NCBI GenBank assembly: GCA_036676495.1
Contig: JAKFCT010000033.1
Span: forward strand, 1 to 48,624
DNA length: 48,624 bases
Direction of reading: 5' to 3'
From: Candidatus Sericytochromatia bacterium
GTDB taxonomy: Bacteria > Cyanobacteriota > Sericytochromatia > S15B-MN24 > UBA4093
In this document: in pieces, positions 17,415 to 27,510 of the stretch
How positions within the stretch are numbered: position 1 is the stretch's first letter
Layout of the letters: every line of letters starts with the position of its first letter
Notes under the pieces: model-generated
Database searches by the model: none
Told to the model about the DNA's origin: nothing
Seen by the model: the letters and a program-made list of their open reading frames with translations, nothing else
Translations under genes and position numbers: made by a program

Positions 17415-18866
17415 CTACTCGGCCTTCTTCCAGCGCAGGATCGGCTTGCGCGCGGCGGTGGTCTCGTCGACCCGGGCCACCGGAGTGGCGTGGGGGGCCG
17501 AGGTCACCATGTCGGGGTTGGTCCTGACTTCCTCGGCGATCGCCCTCATGGCGGTCACGAAGCCGTCGAGCGTGTCCTTGCTCTCGGTCTCGGTGGGCTC
17601 GATCATCATGGCCTCGTGAACGATCAAGGGGAAGTAGATCGTCGGCGCGTGGTAACCGAAGTCCAGGAGGCGCTTGGCCATGGCCAGGGTGTTGGCGCCC
17701 TGTTCCTTCTGGCGATCGCCCGAGATCACGAACTCGTGCATGCAGAACTGCGGGTGCGGCACCTCGAAGAGGTCCTGCAGCCGCGCCTTGAGGTAGTTGG
17801 CGTTGAGCACGGCGTCCTTGCTCGCCTGGGTGAGCCCGTCGCGGCCCATCGAGGCGATGTAGGTGTAGGCCCGCACCAGCACCCCGAAGTTGCCGTAGTA
17901 CGCCCGGACCCGGCCGATCGACTGGGGCCGATCGAAGGAGAGGAAGTACTGTCCGTCGGCGTACTCCACGGTCGGAGTCGGGAGGAAGGGCTCGAGGGCC
18001 TTCGAGACGCCCACCGGGCCGGCGCCGGGGCCGCCGCCGCCGTGCGGAGTCGAGAAGGTCTTGTGGAGGTTCAGGTGAACCACGTCGAAGCCCATGTCGC
18101 CGGGGCGGACCGTGCCCATGATGGCGTTGGTGTTGGCTCCGTCGTAGTACAGCAAGCCGCCCGCGTCATGCACCAGCTGGGCGATCTCGAGGATGTCCTC
18201 CTCGAAGAGCCCCAGGGTGTTGGGGTTGGTGAGCATGATGCCCGCGACCTCGGGGCTGAGGTTGGCCTTGAGCGAGTCGAGGTCGACCATGCCGCGGTCG
18301 TTGCTGTCGACGGTGACCACCTCGTAGCCGGCCAGGGCGGCCGTGGCGGGGTTGGTGCCGTGCGCCGAGTTGGGGACCAGCATCTTCTTGCGGTGGCCTT
18401 CGCCGCGCGACTCGTGGTAGGCGCGGATCAGGTGGATGCCAGTGAACTCACCGTGGGCGCCCGCGGCGGGCTGCAGGGTGACCCGGTGCATGCCCGTGAC
18501 CGAGGCGAGCCACTTCTCCAGCGTGTGCAGGAGCTCGAGCGCGCCCTGGGTGGTGTCGTCGGGCTGGTAGGGGTGGAGGTTCGCGAAGCCGTCCAGGCGG
18601 GCGGCCATTTCGTTGACCTTGGGGTTGTACTTCATCGTGCACGAGCCCAGGGGGTAGAACTGGGTGTCGATGGAATAGTTGAGCTGGGAAAGGCGGTTGA
18701 AGTGCCGCATGGCTTCCAGCTCGGTGACTTGGGGCAGTTCGGCGAGCTCCTTGCGAAGCAGCTCCGAGGGGAGCAGCTCCGAGAGGGGCCGCTCGTCGAC
18801 GCCCGACGCGGGGAGGGTGACGCCGCGGCGGCCGTCCACGCTCTTTTCGAAGATCAAGGCTTCCAT
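17415..18866 (-). CDS. gcvPB: Glycine dehydrogenase (decarboxylating) subunit 2
   Basis: Starts MEALIFEKS; [47 protein letters not shown]. Confidence 0.96.
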   Translation of the reverse strand: MEALIFEKSVDGRRGVTLPASGVDERPLSELLPSELLRKELAELPQVTELEAMRHFNRLSQLNYSIDTQFYPLGSCTMKYNPKVNEMAARLDGFANLHPYQPDDTTQGALELLHTLEKWLASVTGMHRVTLQPAAGAHGEFTGIHLIRAYHESRGEGHRKKMLVPNSAHGTNPATAALAGYEVVTVDSNDRGMVDLDSLKANLSPEVAGIMLTNPNTLGLFEEDILEIAQLVHDAGGLLYYDGANTNAIMGTVRPGDMGFDVVHLNLHKTFSTPHGGGGPGAGPVGVSKALEPFLPTPTVEYADGQYFLSFDRPQSIGRVRAYYGNFGVLVRAYTYIASMGRDGLTQASKDAVLNANYLKARLQDLFEVPHPQFCMHEFVISGDRQKEQGANTLAMAKRLLDFGYHAPTIYFPLIVHEAMMIEPTETESKDTLDGFVTAMRAIAEEVRTNPDMVTSAPHATPVARVDETTAARKPILRWKKAE

Positions 18867-18919
18867 GGTTGCATACCTTTCAGAGGCGCAGCCGCTACCT
18901 TCTTTCAGAGGGCAGCTGC

Positions 18920-20299
18920 TTAGGCGTGGGTGGCCGAGGGGCGCTCGGCGCTGGTTGCGCTCGCGAGGGCTTCCAGGGCCGCGGCGTAAGCCTCCAGCTC
19001 GGCGGGAGCGTTGACCTCGGTGACGGTGACCAGGAGGCAATCCGCCAGCTCGGGATACCAGCGGCCGAGGTCGACGCCGCCGAGGATGCCCTGCGCCTTG
19101 AGGCGATCGAGCAGGTCGGCGACCGGCATGGGGCTCTTCACGACGAACTCGTTGAAGAAGGGGCCGAAGGGGACCTGGAAGCCGGGAATCTTGGCGATCG
19201 CCCGGGCGAGCGAATGCGCCCGCTGGAGGCTGGTATGCGCCACTTCGTAGAGGCCGCGCTTGCCGACCACCGTCATGTACACCGTGGAGGCCAGGGCGTT
19301 GAGCGCCTGGTTTGTGCAGATGTTGCTGGTGGCCTTCTCGCGCCGGATGTGCTGCTCGCGCGTCTGAAGCGTGAGGGTGAAGACCCGCTGGCCGTTGGCG
19401 TCCTTGGTCTCGCCCGCGATCCGGCCCGGCAGCTGGCGGACGAACTTGTCCTTGCAGGCCATGAAGCCGACGAAGGGGCCGCCGAAGGAGACGGGGTTGC
19501 CCAGCTGGTGCGCCTCGCCGATCACGACGTCTGCTCCGTAGCGGCCCGGAGCCTCCAGGAGGCCCAGGGAAATCGGGTCGGCCACGACGACCAAGAGGCC
19601 GCCCGACGCGTGGATCAGCTCCCCGATGGCATGCGCTTCCTCGAGCGTGCCCAGGAAGTTGGGCATCTGGAGGATCACGCAGGCCGTCTGGGTGTCGATG
19701 AGGTCCTTCAGGGCGTCCATGTCGATCTTGCCGCCCGACTGAGGGGCGGTCACGACCTCGATCCCGGGGCCCTTGGCGTAGGCGTCGAGCACCTCGCGGT
19801 ACTCCGGGTGAACGGTGGAGGCCACGATCACCTTCTCGCGCCGGGTCACCCGGCAGGCCATGAAGGCGGCCTCGGGGGTGGCGGTGGAGCCGTCGTACAT
19901 GGAGGCGTTGGCCACGTCCATGCCGGTCAGCTCGCAGATCATGGTCTGGAACTCGAAGATGGCCTGCAGGGTGCCCTGGCTGACCTCGGGCTGATAGGGG
20001 GTGTAGGCGGTCAGGAACTCCGAGCGGTGGAGGATCCAGTCCACTGCCGCCGGCAGGTAGCGCCGGTAGCTGCCTGCCCCGAGGAACGACGCGAACTGCG
20101 AGGTCGAGCGGTTCTTGGCAGCCAGGGAGGAGACGTGCGCCTGGACGTCCCACTCGCTGCGGCCTTCGGGAATCTCCAGCTGGAAGTTCCGCAGGGAGGC
20201 CGGGACGGCGTGGTAGAGCGCGTCACTATCGGGAACCCCGATCGCCTGGAACATCTCCTGGCGATCGGCGTCGGTATGGGGCAGGTAGTTGAAGTTCAT
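18920..20299 (-). CDS. gcvPA: Glycine dehydrogenase (decarboxylating) subunit 1
   Basis: [49 protein letters not shown]. Confidence 0.96.
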   Translation of the reverse strand: MNFNYLPHTDADRQEMFQAIGVPDSDALYHAVPASLRNFQLEIPEGRSEWDVQAHVSSLAAKNRSTSQFASFLGAGSYRRYLPAAVDWILHRSEFLTAYTPYQPEVSQGTLQAIFEFQTMICELTGMDVANASMYDGSTATPEAAFMACRVTRREKVIVASTVHPEYREVLDAYAKGPGIEVVTAPQSGGKIDMDALKDLIDTQTACVILQMPNFLGTLEEAHAIGELIHASGGLLVVVADPISLGLLEAPGRYGADVVIGEAHQLGNPVSFGGPFVGFMACKDKFVRQLPGRIAGETKDANGQRVFTLTLQTREQHIRREKATSNICTNQALNALASTVYMTVVGKRGLYEVAHTSLQRAHSLARAIAKIPGFQVPFGPFFNEFVVKSPMPVADLLDRLKAQGILGGVDLGRWYPELADCLLVTVTEVNAPAELEAYAAALEALASATSAERPSATHA

Positions 20300-20315
20300 G
20301 CTGATCTTCCTTTTG

Positions 20316-20476
20316 TTGTCCCCCCTCGACGGGGGGACGCCCGGCGAAGCCGGGTGGGGGGTGTTCGCCGGCGCAGCCATGGCGTTCCTCGTTTCCGAGG
20401 AACCTGGGAGCAGTGACACCCCCCTGGCTTCGCCAGTCCCCCATACCCACGGATAGCCGCAGGCGCTGGGGGACAA
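20316..20476. repeat. Palindromic intergenic element between gcvH and gcvPA
   Basis: Terminal inverted repeat TTGTCCCCC...GGGGGACAA; inner arms GGCGAAGCCGGGTGGGGGGTGT and ACACCCCCCTGGCTTCGCC. Confidence 0.6.
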
Positions 20477-20501
20477 GGCAAGGAATAGGCCTTCGGCCTA
20501 T

Positions 20502-20879
20502 CTACGCTCCGACCAGCTCCTCGTACTGCTTGGCGTCGAGGATCTCGGACGCCTCCGCGGGGTTGCTCGGAGCAATCTTGATGATCCAGCCGTCGCCGTA
20601 CGGATCGTCGTTGATCAAGGACGACTCGTCGTTGAGGCGCTCGTTGACCGCGATCACCTTGCCCGAGAGCGGGGCGTAGAGATCGGAGACGGCCTTGACC
20701 GACTCCACCACGCCGAAGGACTCGCCCTTCGAGAGCTCGCGGCCGACCTCGGGCAGTTCGACGAAGACCACGTCTCCCAGCTGCTCGGCAGCGTAGTCCG
20801 AGATGCCGATGGTGGCTTCTTCACCCGCGATCCGGGCGTACTCGTGCGACTTGGCGTACTTCAGGTCCTGGGGAATCAT
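20502..20879 (-). CDS. gcvH: Glycine cleavage system H protein
   Basis: GISDYAAEQLGDVVFVELP; lipoyl site VESVKAVSD; DPYGDGW. Confidence 0.97.
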   Translation of the reverse strand: MIPQDLKYAKSHEYARIAGEEATIGISDYAAEQLGDVVFVELPEVGRELSKGESFGVVESVKAVSDLYAPLSGKVIAVNERLNDESSLINDDPYGDGWIIKIAPSNPAEASEILDAKQYEELVGA

Positions 20880-20920
20880 GGCGAAGATTTTCCTCCAAAT
20901 AAGGGTGCGATGCGAGGGGA

Positions 20921-22027
<1,107 letters not shown>

Positions 22028-22204
22028 TGAATCACCGTATCCTTGAATAGCCGGGACTCGTCAGCGCGATCGGCGTTGCGCCGATCGCTCGCGGCTTCGG
22101 AAACTGCCGCGGGCGCCAGGGTCCCAGGGACAAATCGGTCTCATTATACCGTAATCCGCCCGTAGCGGGGGGCGTAGAAACCCGCGGCCACCCAGGAGGT
22201 CTGC

Positions 22205-23200
22205 TTAGCCCGAAGCCCGGAGGACCCGGTCTCTGACGGCATCCCATCTCCCCCCGGTCGGAGGGTCCAAGAGCAAGATCCGATCGAGCTCGCGGGCGTC
22301 CAGGTCCCGCATGGCCCGGTAGAACTCCGCCGCGTAGCCGTCCGGATCCGCCGGAATGTCCACGATCACCACGGCCTCCGGCAGAGCGAGCGGCGCATAC
22401 GTCAAGACGCCGACCTTCTCTCCCTGGGAATGCAAGCGCAGGGCCTCGGCGATGAGGGGGGCGGCTCCCGCGAGCCGCGTGACCGGGGCCTTGGGCGCGT
22501 AGTGGCGGTAACGGGTGCCGGGAGAGACCTTGCCATGATCGGCGCCGTAGCCGATCCGGGAGTCGATGGCGCGCAGCTGATCGAGGCTGACGCCCCCGGG
22601 CCTCAGCACCATCGGAGGATCGCTCATGAGCGAGAGGACGGTGGATTCGATGCCGACCGTCGCGGGGCCCCCATCCAGGATCATGTCGATGCGTCCCGCC
22701 ATGTCCGTCAGGACATGGGCGGCGTCGGTAGGAGAAGGCCGCGTGGAGCGGTTGGCGCTCGGAGCGGCGATCGGCGTCCCGGCCGTCCGGATCAGGGCGC
22801 GCGCCACCGGATGGGCCGGCATGCGCAGCGCGACCGCCGGCAAGCCCGCCGTGACGGCGTCCGGAACCCGCTCGGACTTCGGTAGCACCAGGGTCAAGGG
22901 GCCCGGCCAGAACGCCTGCGTCAGGCGTTCCGCCAGCTCCGGCCAGGCCTTTACCAGGGTTCGCGCCATCTCCAGGCCATCCACGTGGACGATCAACGGG
23001 TTGTCGGCAGGCCGATCCTTGGCCTGGAAGATCCGGGCCACCGCCTGAGGATCGAGCGCATTGGCCCCCAGCCCGTAGACGGTTTCCGTCGGCAAGGCGA
23101 CGAGTCCCCCGCGCCTCAGAACGGCGGCGGCGGCTTCCAGGGCGGAGGGATCGGGGTCGTGCGGGGATACGGTCAGGACCGCGGTCTGAAGCTGCGTCAT
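22205..23200 (-). CDS. tsaC: L-threonylcarbamoyladenylate synthase (Sua5 type)
   Basis: PTETVYGL, KDRPADNPLIVH, FWPGPLT, AAPSAN; SPGTRYRHYAP linker plus a SUA5 domain. Confidence 0.93.
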   Translation of the reverse strand: MTQLQTAVLTVSPHDPDPSALEAAAAVLRRGGLVALPTETVYGLGANALDPQAVARIFQAKDRPADNPLIVHVDGLEMARTLVKAWPELAERLTQAFWPGPLTLVLPKSERVPDAVTAGLPAVALRMPAHPVARALIRTAGTPIAAPSANRSTRPSPTDAAHVLTDMAGRIDMILDGGPATVGIESTVLSLMSDPPMVLRPGGVSLDQLRAIDSRIGYGADHGKVSPGTRYRHYAPKAPVTRLAGAAPLIAEALRLHSQGEKVGVLTYAPLALPEAVVIVDIPADPDGYAAEFYRAMRDLDARELDRILLLDPPTGGRWDAVRDRVLRASG

Positions 23201-23220
23201 GACTTCAGTTTACCAGACGT

Positions 23221-23616
23221 TCAGCCCCTGGAGACCCGGAGCTGCGGCTTGCGCTTGACTTGCCGCCGGGCCGCGTCCGCCACCTCCGGCCTCAGGAGCC
23301 CCAGGGAGACCGCCGCCTCCACGTGGGCCTTGTCCACGACCCGGGTGGTCAACGCCTCGAAGAGATCATCGCTCACCCGCTCCCTCAGCGCGTCGAGGTC
23401 GTACGTCACGACGTCGGAGGCGACCAGCATGGCGGTTCCGGAGGGCGTCTCCGCGCGCTTGCCAGGGCTCAGATCGAGGGCGATCCGCAGCTGCTCGTCG
23501 AGCTGGGACCTCTCGGCCTGAAGCTCGTCGAGCTGACGGCTCAGCTCGAGGTGACGGGCGATCAGATCGTCGACGAAGCGCAGGGAGACCCGCGGAGTCG
23601 GCTTGATCCTGGCCAT
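23221..23616 (-). CDS. Hypothetical coiled-coil protein
   Basis: 131-aa ORF, co-oriented between the 23626 ORF and tsaC. Confidence 0.7.
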   Translation of the reverse strand: MARIKPTPRVSLRFVDDLIARHLELSRQLDELQAERSQLDEQLRIALDLSPGKRAETPSGTAMLVASDVVTYDLDALRERVSDDLFEALTTRVVDKAHVEAAVSLGLLRPEVADAARRQVKRKPQLRVSRG

Positions 23617-23625
23617 GGGGGCCGC

Positions 23626-23874
23626 CTACCACTTGTTCGGGGTGTCGTAGTTGTAGTCCTCGGTCATGTGACCCGGCGCGATCACGCCGTCATGCTCGAG
23701 CAGGAAGACGGCCTTGATCCCCCGCTGGCTGCCTTTGACCCGGCTCTGCCACCGCCCATCCTCGAGGTGGAGGTCCTCGAGCTGGGCCTCGGGCTCTTTC
23801 AGCGTGTCATGAAGGAACCGGTTCAGCTGACTGACGGCGTCTTCCCGGGCGATTCCGTACATGTCGCGATCCAT
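23626..23874 (-). CDS. Hypothetical protein (82 aa)
   Basis: GAGGAGGT RBS upstream; 9 nt from the next gene. Confidence 0.7.
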   Translation of the reverse strand: MDRDMYGIAREDAVSQLNRFLHDTLKEPEAQLEDLHLEDGRWQSRVKGSQRGIKAVFLLEHDGVIAPGHMTEDYNYDTPNKW

Positions 23875-24079
23875 CTCGCACCTCCTCTACGCGCCCCCCG
23901 TCAGAGGGGCTCGCCTCCCTCTTCTCAGGCACTCCGGGCCATCCTGGCCCCCAGTATAGGCGCGAGGCCCGCGACTCCAAAGCTCCATGCGGCCCTTCCA
24001 GGGACGCGGCCCCCACTTGGGGCGGGGCTTTGGTACACTGATGCCGAGACCACGCTCGCCTGATGGAAAGGGAAAACCA

Positions 24080-24448
24080 ATGGATCGGATCTTCTTCGCG
24101 CTCGGCGCCGTGATGGGGGCCCTCGGGGTCGCCTTGGGAGCCTTCGGGGCGCATGGCCTCAAGGCCCGCGTCACCCCCGATTTGCTCACGATCTGGGAAA
24201 CCGGAGCCCATTACCACCTCATCCACGCCCTGGCCCTGATCGCCGCGGCTTGGGCCATTCAACGTTTCCCGGGGGGGCTGAGCGTCGCGGCCGGCTGGTG
24301 CTTCCTCTTCGGCATCCTCATCTTCTCCGGCAGCCTCTACACGCTGGCGTTCACCGGTCTGCGCTGGCTCGGAGCCATCACCCCGATTGGAGGCGTGCTC
24401 TTCATCGTGGGCTGGGTGCTCTTGGCGATCGCCGCTCTCAAGCGCTAG
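24080..24448 (+). CDS. DUF423 (YgdD/TMEM256-like) small membrane protein
   Basis: GAFGAHGL, WETGAHYHLIHAL, FSGSLY, GAITPIGG. Confidence 0.9.
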   Translation: MDRIFFALGAVMGALGVALGAFGAHGLKARVTPDLLTIWETGAHYHLIHALALIAAAWAIQRFPGGLSVAAGWCFLFGILIFSGSLYTLAFTGLRWLGAITPIGGVLFIVGWVLLAIAALKR

Positions 24449-24466
24449 GGCGCAGCAAGCTCAACG

Positions 24467-24505
24467 CCTCGGGGGCGCCGCAGTCGCGGCGCCCCCGAGG
24501 TCTTT
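24467..24505. terminator. Hairpin terminator between convergent genes
   Basis: CCTCGGGGGCGCCGC-AGTC-GCGGCGCCCCCGAGG followed by TCTTTT. Confidence 0.7.
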
Positions 24506-24512
24506 TGGCATG

Positions 24513-25025
24513 CTAAAAGGGGTTCTTGACGAGCCCGATGCTGGTGACGAACTTCTCGAACTCCGTCAGCGAGACCACGCCGTCGTCGTTTTTGTCGACC
24601 AGGGTGAAGAAGTACTTGGCGAAAGGCACCAGCTTGATGTCGTCGCGGGTGACCTGTCCGTCGAAGTTGGTGTCGCAGACGGTGTACAAGAGCTTCGCCG
24701 CGGTGTGGACGGTCGTGCCCATCATCTGGAGCAGCTCGTCGTAACTGAGGTAGCCGTCGTTGTCCTTGTCGAAGTACGGCCGCATGAAGAAGGGGCCGGG
24801 CGCATTCTTGGCCAGCTCCTTCTTGCTCACTCGGCCGTCGTTGTTGTCATCGAGATAGCGGAAGTAGACCTTTACCAGCTGCTTGATCTGACTCTTGACC
24901 AGATTCACGTCCTGGGCGCTCAGGGGCGTCGAGCCGGTCGTGCCGATCGACGCCTGGGGGAGGGGAGGTTGACCGCATCCTGCCAGCATGAGGGCCAGCA
25001 GCGAGAGGCTCAAGAACCGTTTCAT
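24513..25025 (-). CDS. EF-hand Ca2+-binding lipoprotein
   Basis: Lipobox LAGC; four EF-hand loops DDNNDGRVSKKE, DKDNDGYLSYDE, DTNFDGQVTRDD, DKNDDGVVSLTE. Confidence 0.85.
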   Translation of the reverse strand: MKRFLSLSLLALMLAGCGQPPLPQASIGTTGSTPLSAQDVNLVKSQIKQLVKVYFRYLDDNNDGRVSKKELAKNAPGPFFMRPYFDKDNDGYLSYDELLQMMGTTVHTAAKLLYTVCDTNFDGQVTRDDIKLVPFAKYFFTLVDKNDDGVVSLTEFEKFVTSIGLVKNPF

Positions 25026-25077
25026 CGGGTGATTTCGGACCTTTCTATGTCGAGACGGCGGGGCCGGGTGAGGCACC

Positions 25078-25692
25078 TCAGATGTCCTTCGGCGTGTAGA
25101 TGAAGATCAGCTTGCCGAGTTGGCGCTTGGAGATGCCGGGACCGAGGGCCCAGCGGGGCGGCCGGTGGGCGATGGAGACGTCGTAGAAGTGATTGGGGTC
25201 GATGCCGGTGGGGTCCTTGCCGCTCAGAGCCTCGCGCGCAATGCCGCAGAGCTCGTTCCAGTAGACGATCTTCTGGGTGGGAAGGAAGAACTGGCGGTAG
25301 TTCTCCGCGTTGCCGGCCTGGTTTTTGAGATGCCAGGACGAGAGGAAGTCGGACTGGCCCTTGATGAGCCCCTCGACGCTGGTCTTTCGGACGGCGGCGG
25401 TCCGGGCGATGACGTAGGCGACGCCGGAGACGGATTGCTTGACGGCATCGTCGCCGGTCTTCTTGTAGCGGGTCAGCTCGCCGCGGGCCTCGGCAGAGAC
25501 CGCGCGGGCCAGGAACTCGACGTCCGCCTGGGTGACGGGACGTCCCTGCCACCACTTCATGTACTGGGCATCCAGCAAGGCGTCATCCGCCGTGAACGTC
25601 TCGCTTCCGGTGAGCGGGAGGCCGTCCCAGGTCCCGGGGACCGAGCAGCCAGTCAGCAGCGCTGCCAGGAGGATCGGTAGGCTTTTCTTCAT
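25078..25692 (-). CDS. SleB/Hydrolase_2-like cell-wall hydrolase lipoprotein
   Basis: Lipobox LTGC; LARAVSAEARGE catalytic-type motif; VAYVIA, DPTG..HFY, IFIY. Confidence 0.7.
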   Translation of the reverse strand: MKKSLPILLAALLTGCSVPGTWDGLPLTGSETFTADDALLDAQYMKWWQGRPVTQADVEFLARAVSAEARGELTRYKKTGDDAVKQSVSGVAYVIARTAAVRKTSVEGLIKGQSDFLSSWHLKNQAGNAENYRQFFLPTQKIVYWNELCGIAREALSGKDPTGIDPNHFYDVSIAHRPPRWALGPGISKRQLGKLIFIYTPKDI

Positions 25693-25814
25693 GCTCCGCT
25701 TTCATCGCATTAAGGTGGGGTGATGGTTCTTAAGCCATCGTGATGAAAACGTTGTCGCTTGCTTAAGGAGGTCTGACCCCGCAACGGCTGATGGGGAGCG
25801 CCATGGAGGCGTTT

Positions 25815-25855
25815 TTTAAAGCAGACCTAAGTAAAGGTTAACCAATAATTAACCG
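25815..25855. promoter_or_regulatory. 11-bp-periodic TTAA repeat array (Pho-box/OmpR-type)
   Basis: TTTAAAGC-aga-CCTAAGTA-aag-GTTAACCA-ata-ATTAACCG, an AT-rich island in GC-rich DNA. Confidence 0.5.
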
Positions 25856-25875
25856 GTATACCTGACCCGGGATCC

Positions 25876-25952
25876 CGGGCCTTCACTCCCCTCGCGGGCG
25901 TGCTCGTCATTGGGGCTGCTTGCTGCTGGCGTTGGCCGCGCTGAAGTGGTGA
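25876..25952 (+). pseudogene. Frameshifted remnant of the 3' end of a DUF423 gene
   Basis: Translates as AFTPLAGVLVI/(1-nt deletion)/GCLLLALAALKW*, against AITPIGGVLFIVGWVLLAIAALKR* of the gene at 24080-24448. Confidence 0.7.
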
Positions 25953-26001
25953 GGAACGGACAGGAGCCTATCGGCTGCTGACTCGTGCGGATCTCGAGCG
26001 A

Positions 26002-26469
26002 TTACGAGTGGTTCCGCACCTTGACCGTGAAGGTGTAGGTGTCCGTCACGGGGATCTTGAAATTCTGCCATTTGCCGGTACCGGCAGGCAGCACGCTGGG
26101 CGCGGCAGGTTTGGCGCCGTGCCGCTTTCCCAGGTAGGTGATCTCCATGGCCGAATCGCTCTGGTTGTCGAAGGACATCATCATCGTATCCCTCAGGCCC
26201 AAACCGTCGAAAATCTTCTGGCCTTTCACGAAGGGAAAGTCGTGATCCCAGAGATTCACGACGTACTGCCCCTTCGAACCCTTGATCGTGAGCAAGAAGC
26301 CCCCGATATCGAGCGGTTGGGCCTCGAGCAAGTCGCTGAGGTCGGTGTGAGCCTCGGAATCGGCCTCCGCGACGACTGCCGGCGGCGGAGCCGCGCAGCC
26401 CGCCGTGAGCAACGCGACGGCCAGGGCTGGCGCGGCAAGAAACTTGGGTCTGGGTAGCACGTTCTTCAC
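26002..26469 (-). CDS. Putative lipoprotein
   Basis: Lipobox LTAGC after a basic/hydrophobic signal; GTG start is inferred. Confidence 0.6.
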   Translation of the reverse strand: MKNVLPRPKFLAAPALAVALLTAGCAAPPPAVVAEADSEAHTDLSDLLEAQPLDIGGFLLTIKGSKGQYVVNLWDHDFPFVKGQKIFDGLGLRDTMMMSFDNQSDSAMEITYLGKRHGAKPAAPSVLPAGTGKWQNFKIPVTDTYTFTVKVRNHS

Positions 26470-26521
26470 CTTCAGCGCTGCAGCGCGTCCTTCGCGGGCG
26501 ATCCCGGCATGGCTAGGCCCG

Positions 26522-27193
26522 CTAGATGCCATCCTTCATGCCCCGCCAGATGCCCTTCAGGCCGGCGCCGACCTCCTCGAGGCTCGGTGCCGTCCGCGAT
26601 TTCAGGAACTTGAGGCCGTCGGGCAGCGCCTGGTTGACGACCTTGGCCGCGGAGTAGCCGACGGTCAAGACGGCGAGGCTCGCCGCGTACGGCTCGCGCC
26701 CCAAGACCGCCAGGCTGCGATCCAGCTGGCTCGCGTCCTTGCCGGGCTTGGCCTTCTCGGCCGTCGAGGCGGCGGCGAACAAGAAGTGCTCGACGTCCCG
26801 CAGCTCGTCGGGCGTGAAGTTGCGATCCATGCCGAGCTTCCGGCTGTACGCCTCCAGCTTCTCCGCGTAACCCGGTTGCTTGGTGGTGTTGCGCAGATCC
26901 AGCGATTCGAAGTAGGCCTGCTCGAGGTCTCCGCCATGGCTCGCGATGAGCCGTTCGCTGGCATGGGCGACGTCGAATGCGATCCCTTGTGCGGCTTTGG
27001 CCCGCTGCACCACGTCCGAGAGTGCCATGCGGGGCTGCTGGCCGGTTTCCGAGAGCGCAAGCTGGTCCGAGCCGCGGGCCGACGTCGTGGGCTCGGACGG
27101 GCGAGCCTCCGCAGGCGGGCGCGTCGGCGGCGCGGCCACGGACGTGGCCACCGACGGAACCTGGGACTTGCCTTGCAGGGACGAGAGCGCCAT
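26522..27193 (-). CDS. Hypothetical protein with a Ser/Pro/Thr-rich N-terminus
   Basis: GGAGGT RBS; 223-aa ORF; no family recognised. Confidence 0.7.
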   Translation of the reverse strand: MALSSLQGKSQVPSVATSVAAPPTRPPAEARPSEPTTSARGSDQLALSETGQQPRMALSDVVQRAKAAQGIAFDVAHASERLIASHGGDLEQAYFESLDLRNTTKQPGYAEKLEAYSRKLGMDRNFTPDELRDVEHFLFAAASTAEKAKPGKDASQLDRSLAVLGREPYAASLAVLTVGYSAAKVVNQALPDGLKFLKSRTAPSLEEVGAGLKGIWRGMKDGI

Positions 27194-27310
27194 GCGGGAC
27201 CTCCGATACGGCGACGAAACTCACATGGGACTATCGGAGACTTACCCCGCCAAGCGGCATCCCGCGCCGACTTATCGCACGGCTGATGGAGATTTCATCG
27301 GGACTTAATG

Positions 27311-27350
27311 GAAGTGAGCCCCTGAACCGTCGGGTTCAGGGGCTCACTTC
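27311..27350 (-). terminator. Hairpin downstream of tRNA-Ser
   Basis: GAAGTGAGCCCCTGAACC-GTCG-GGTTCAGGGGCTCACTTC, a perfect stem. Confidence 0.7.
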
Positions 27351-27364
27351 AGGTCTGGTGGGAG

Positions 27365-27446
27365 CGGAGGGCAGGGGACTCGAACCCCCAACCCCTTACG
27401 GGGCAACGCATTTCGAGTGCGCCTCCTCACCATTCGGATACCCTCC
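27365..27446 (-). tRNA. tRNA-Ser(CGA), CCA not encoded
   Basis: Minus strand: acceptor GGAGGGT/GCCCTCC-G; anticodon arm GCGCA-CTCGAAA-TGCGT; long variable arm CCCCGTAAGGGG; T-arm GGGGGTTCGAGTCCCCT. Confidence 0.92.
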
Positions 27447-27510
27447 AAACGGGGTCGTTTCGACCGCGCAAGTGTTGACTTTATCATAAGCCAAACTTAA
27501 GCGCAACCCC

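Noticed and set aside
18877-18920. Short imperfect tandem repeat CTTTCAGAGG.GCAGC.GCT between gcvPA and gcvPB
   Set aside because: Only two copies, most likely a local duplication; not a CRISPR array and no function is supportable.
17415-20153. 912-aa ORF suggesting a fused or frameshifted GcvP
   Set aside because: The N-terminal ~430 aa is an off-frame read of gcvPA. gcvPB has its own ATG at 18866, and the split PA/PB arrangement is normal.
22028-22150. Canonical glycine or ZTP riboswitch before gcvT
   Set aside because: The conserved GGAGA/CTCTCAGG (glycine) and CGCCTGGG (ZTP) elements are absent; kept only as an unclassified structured leader.
27365-27446. tRNA-Ser as an integration site
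   Set aside because: I found no duplicated tRNA 3' end and no integrase in the window.
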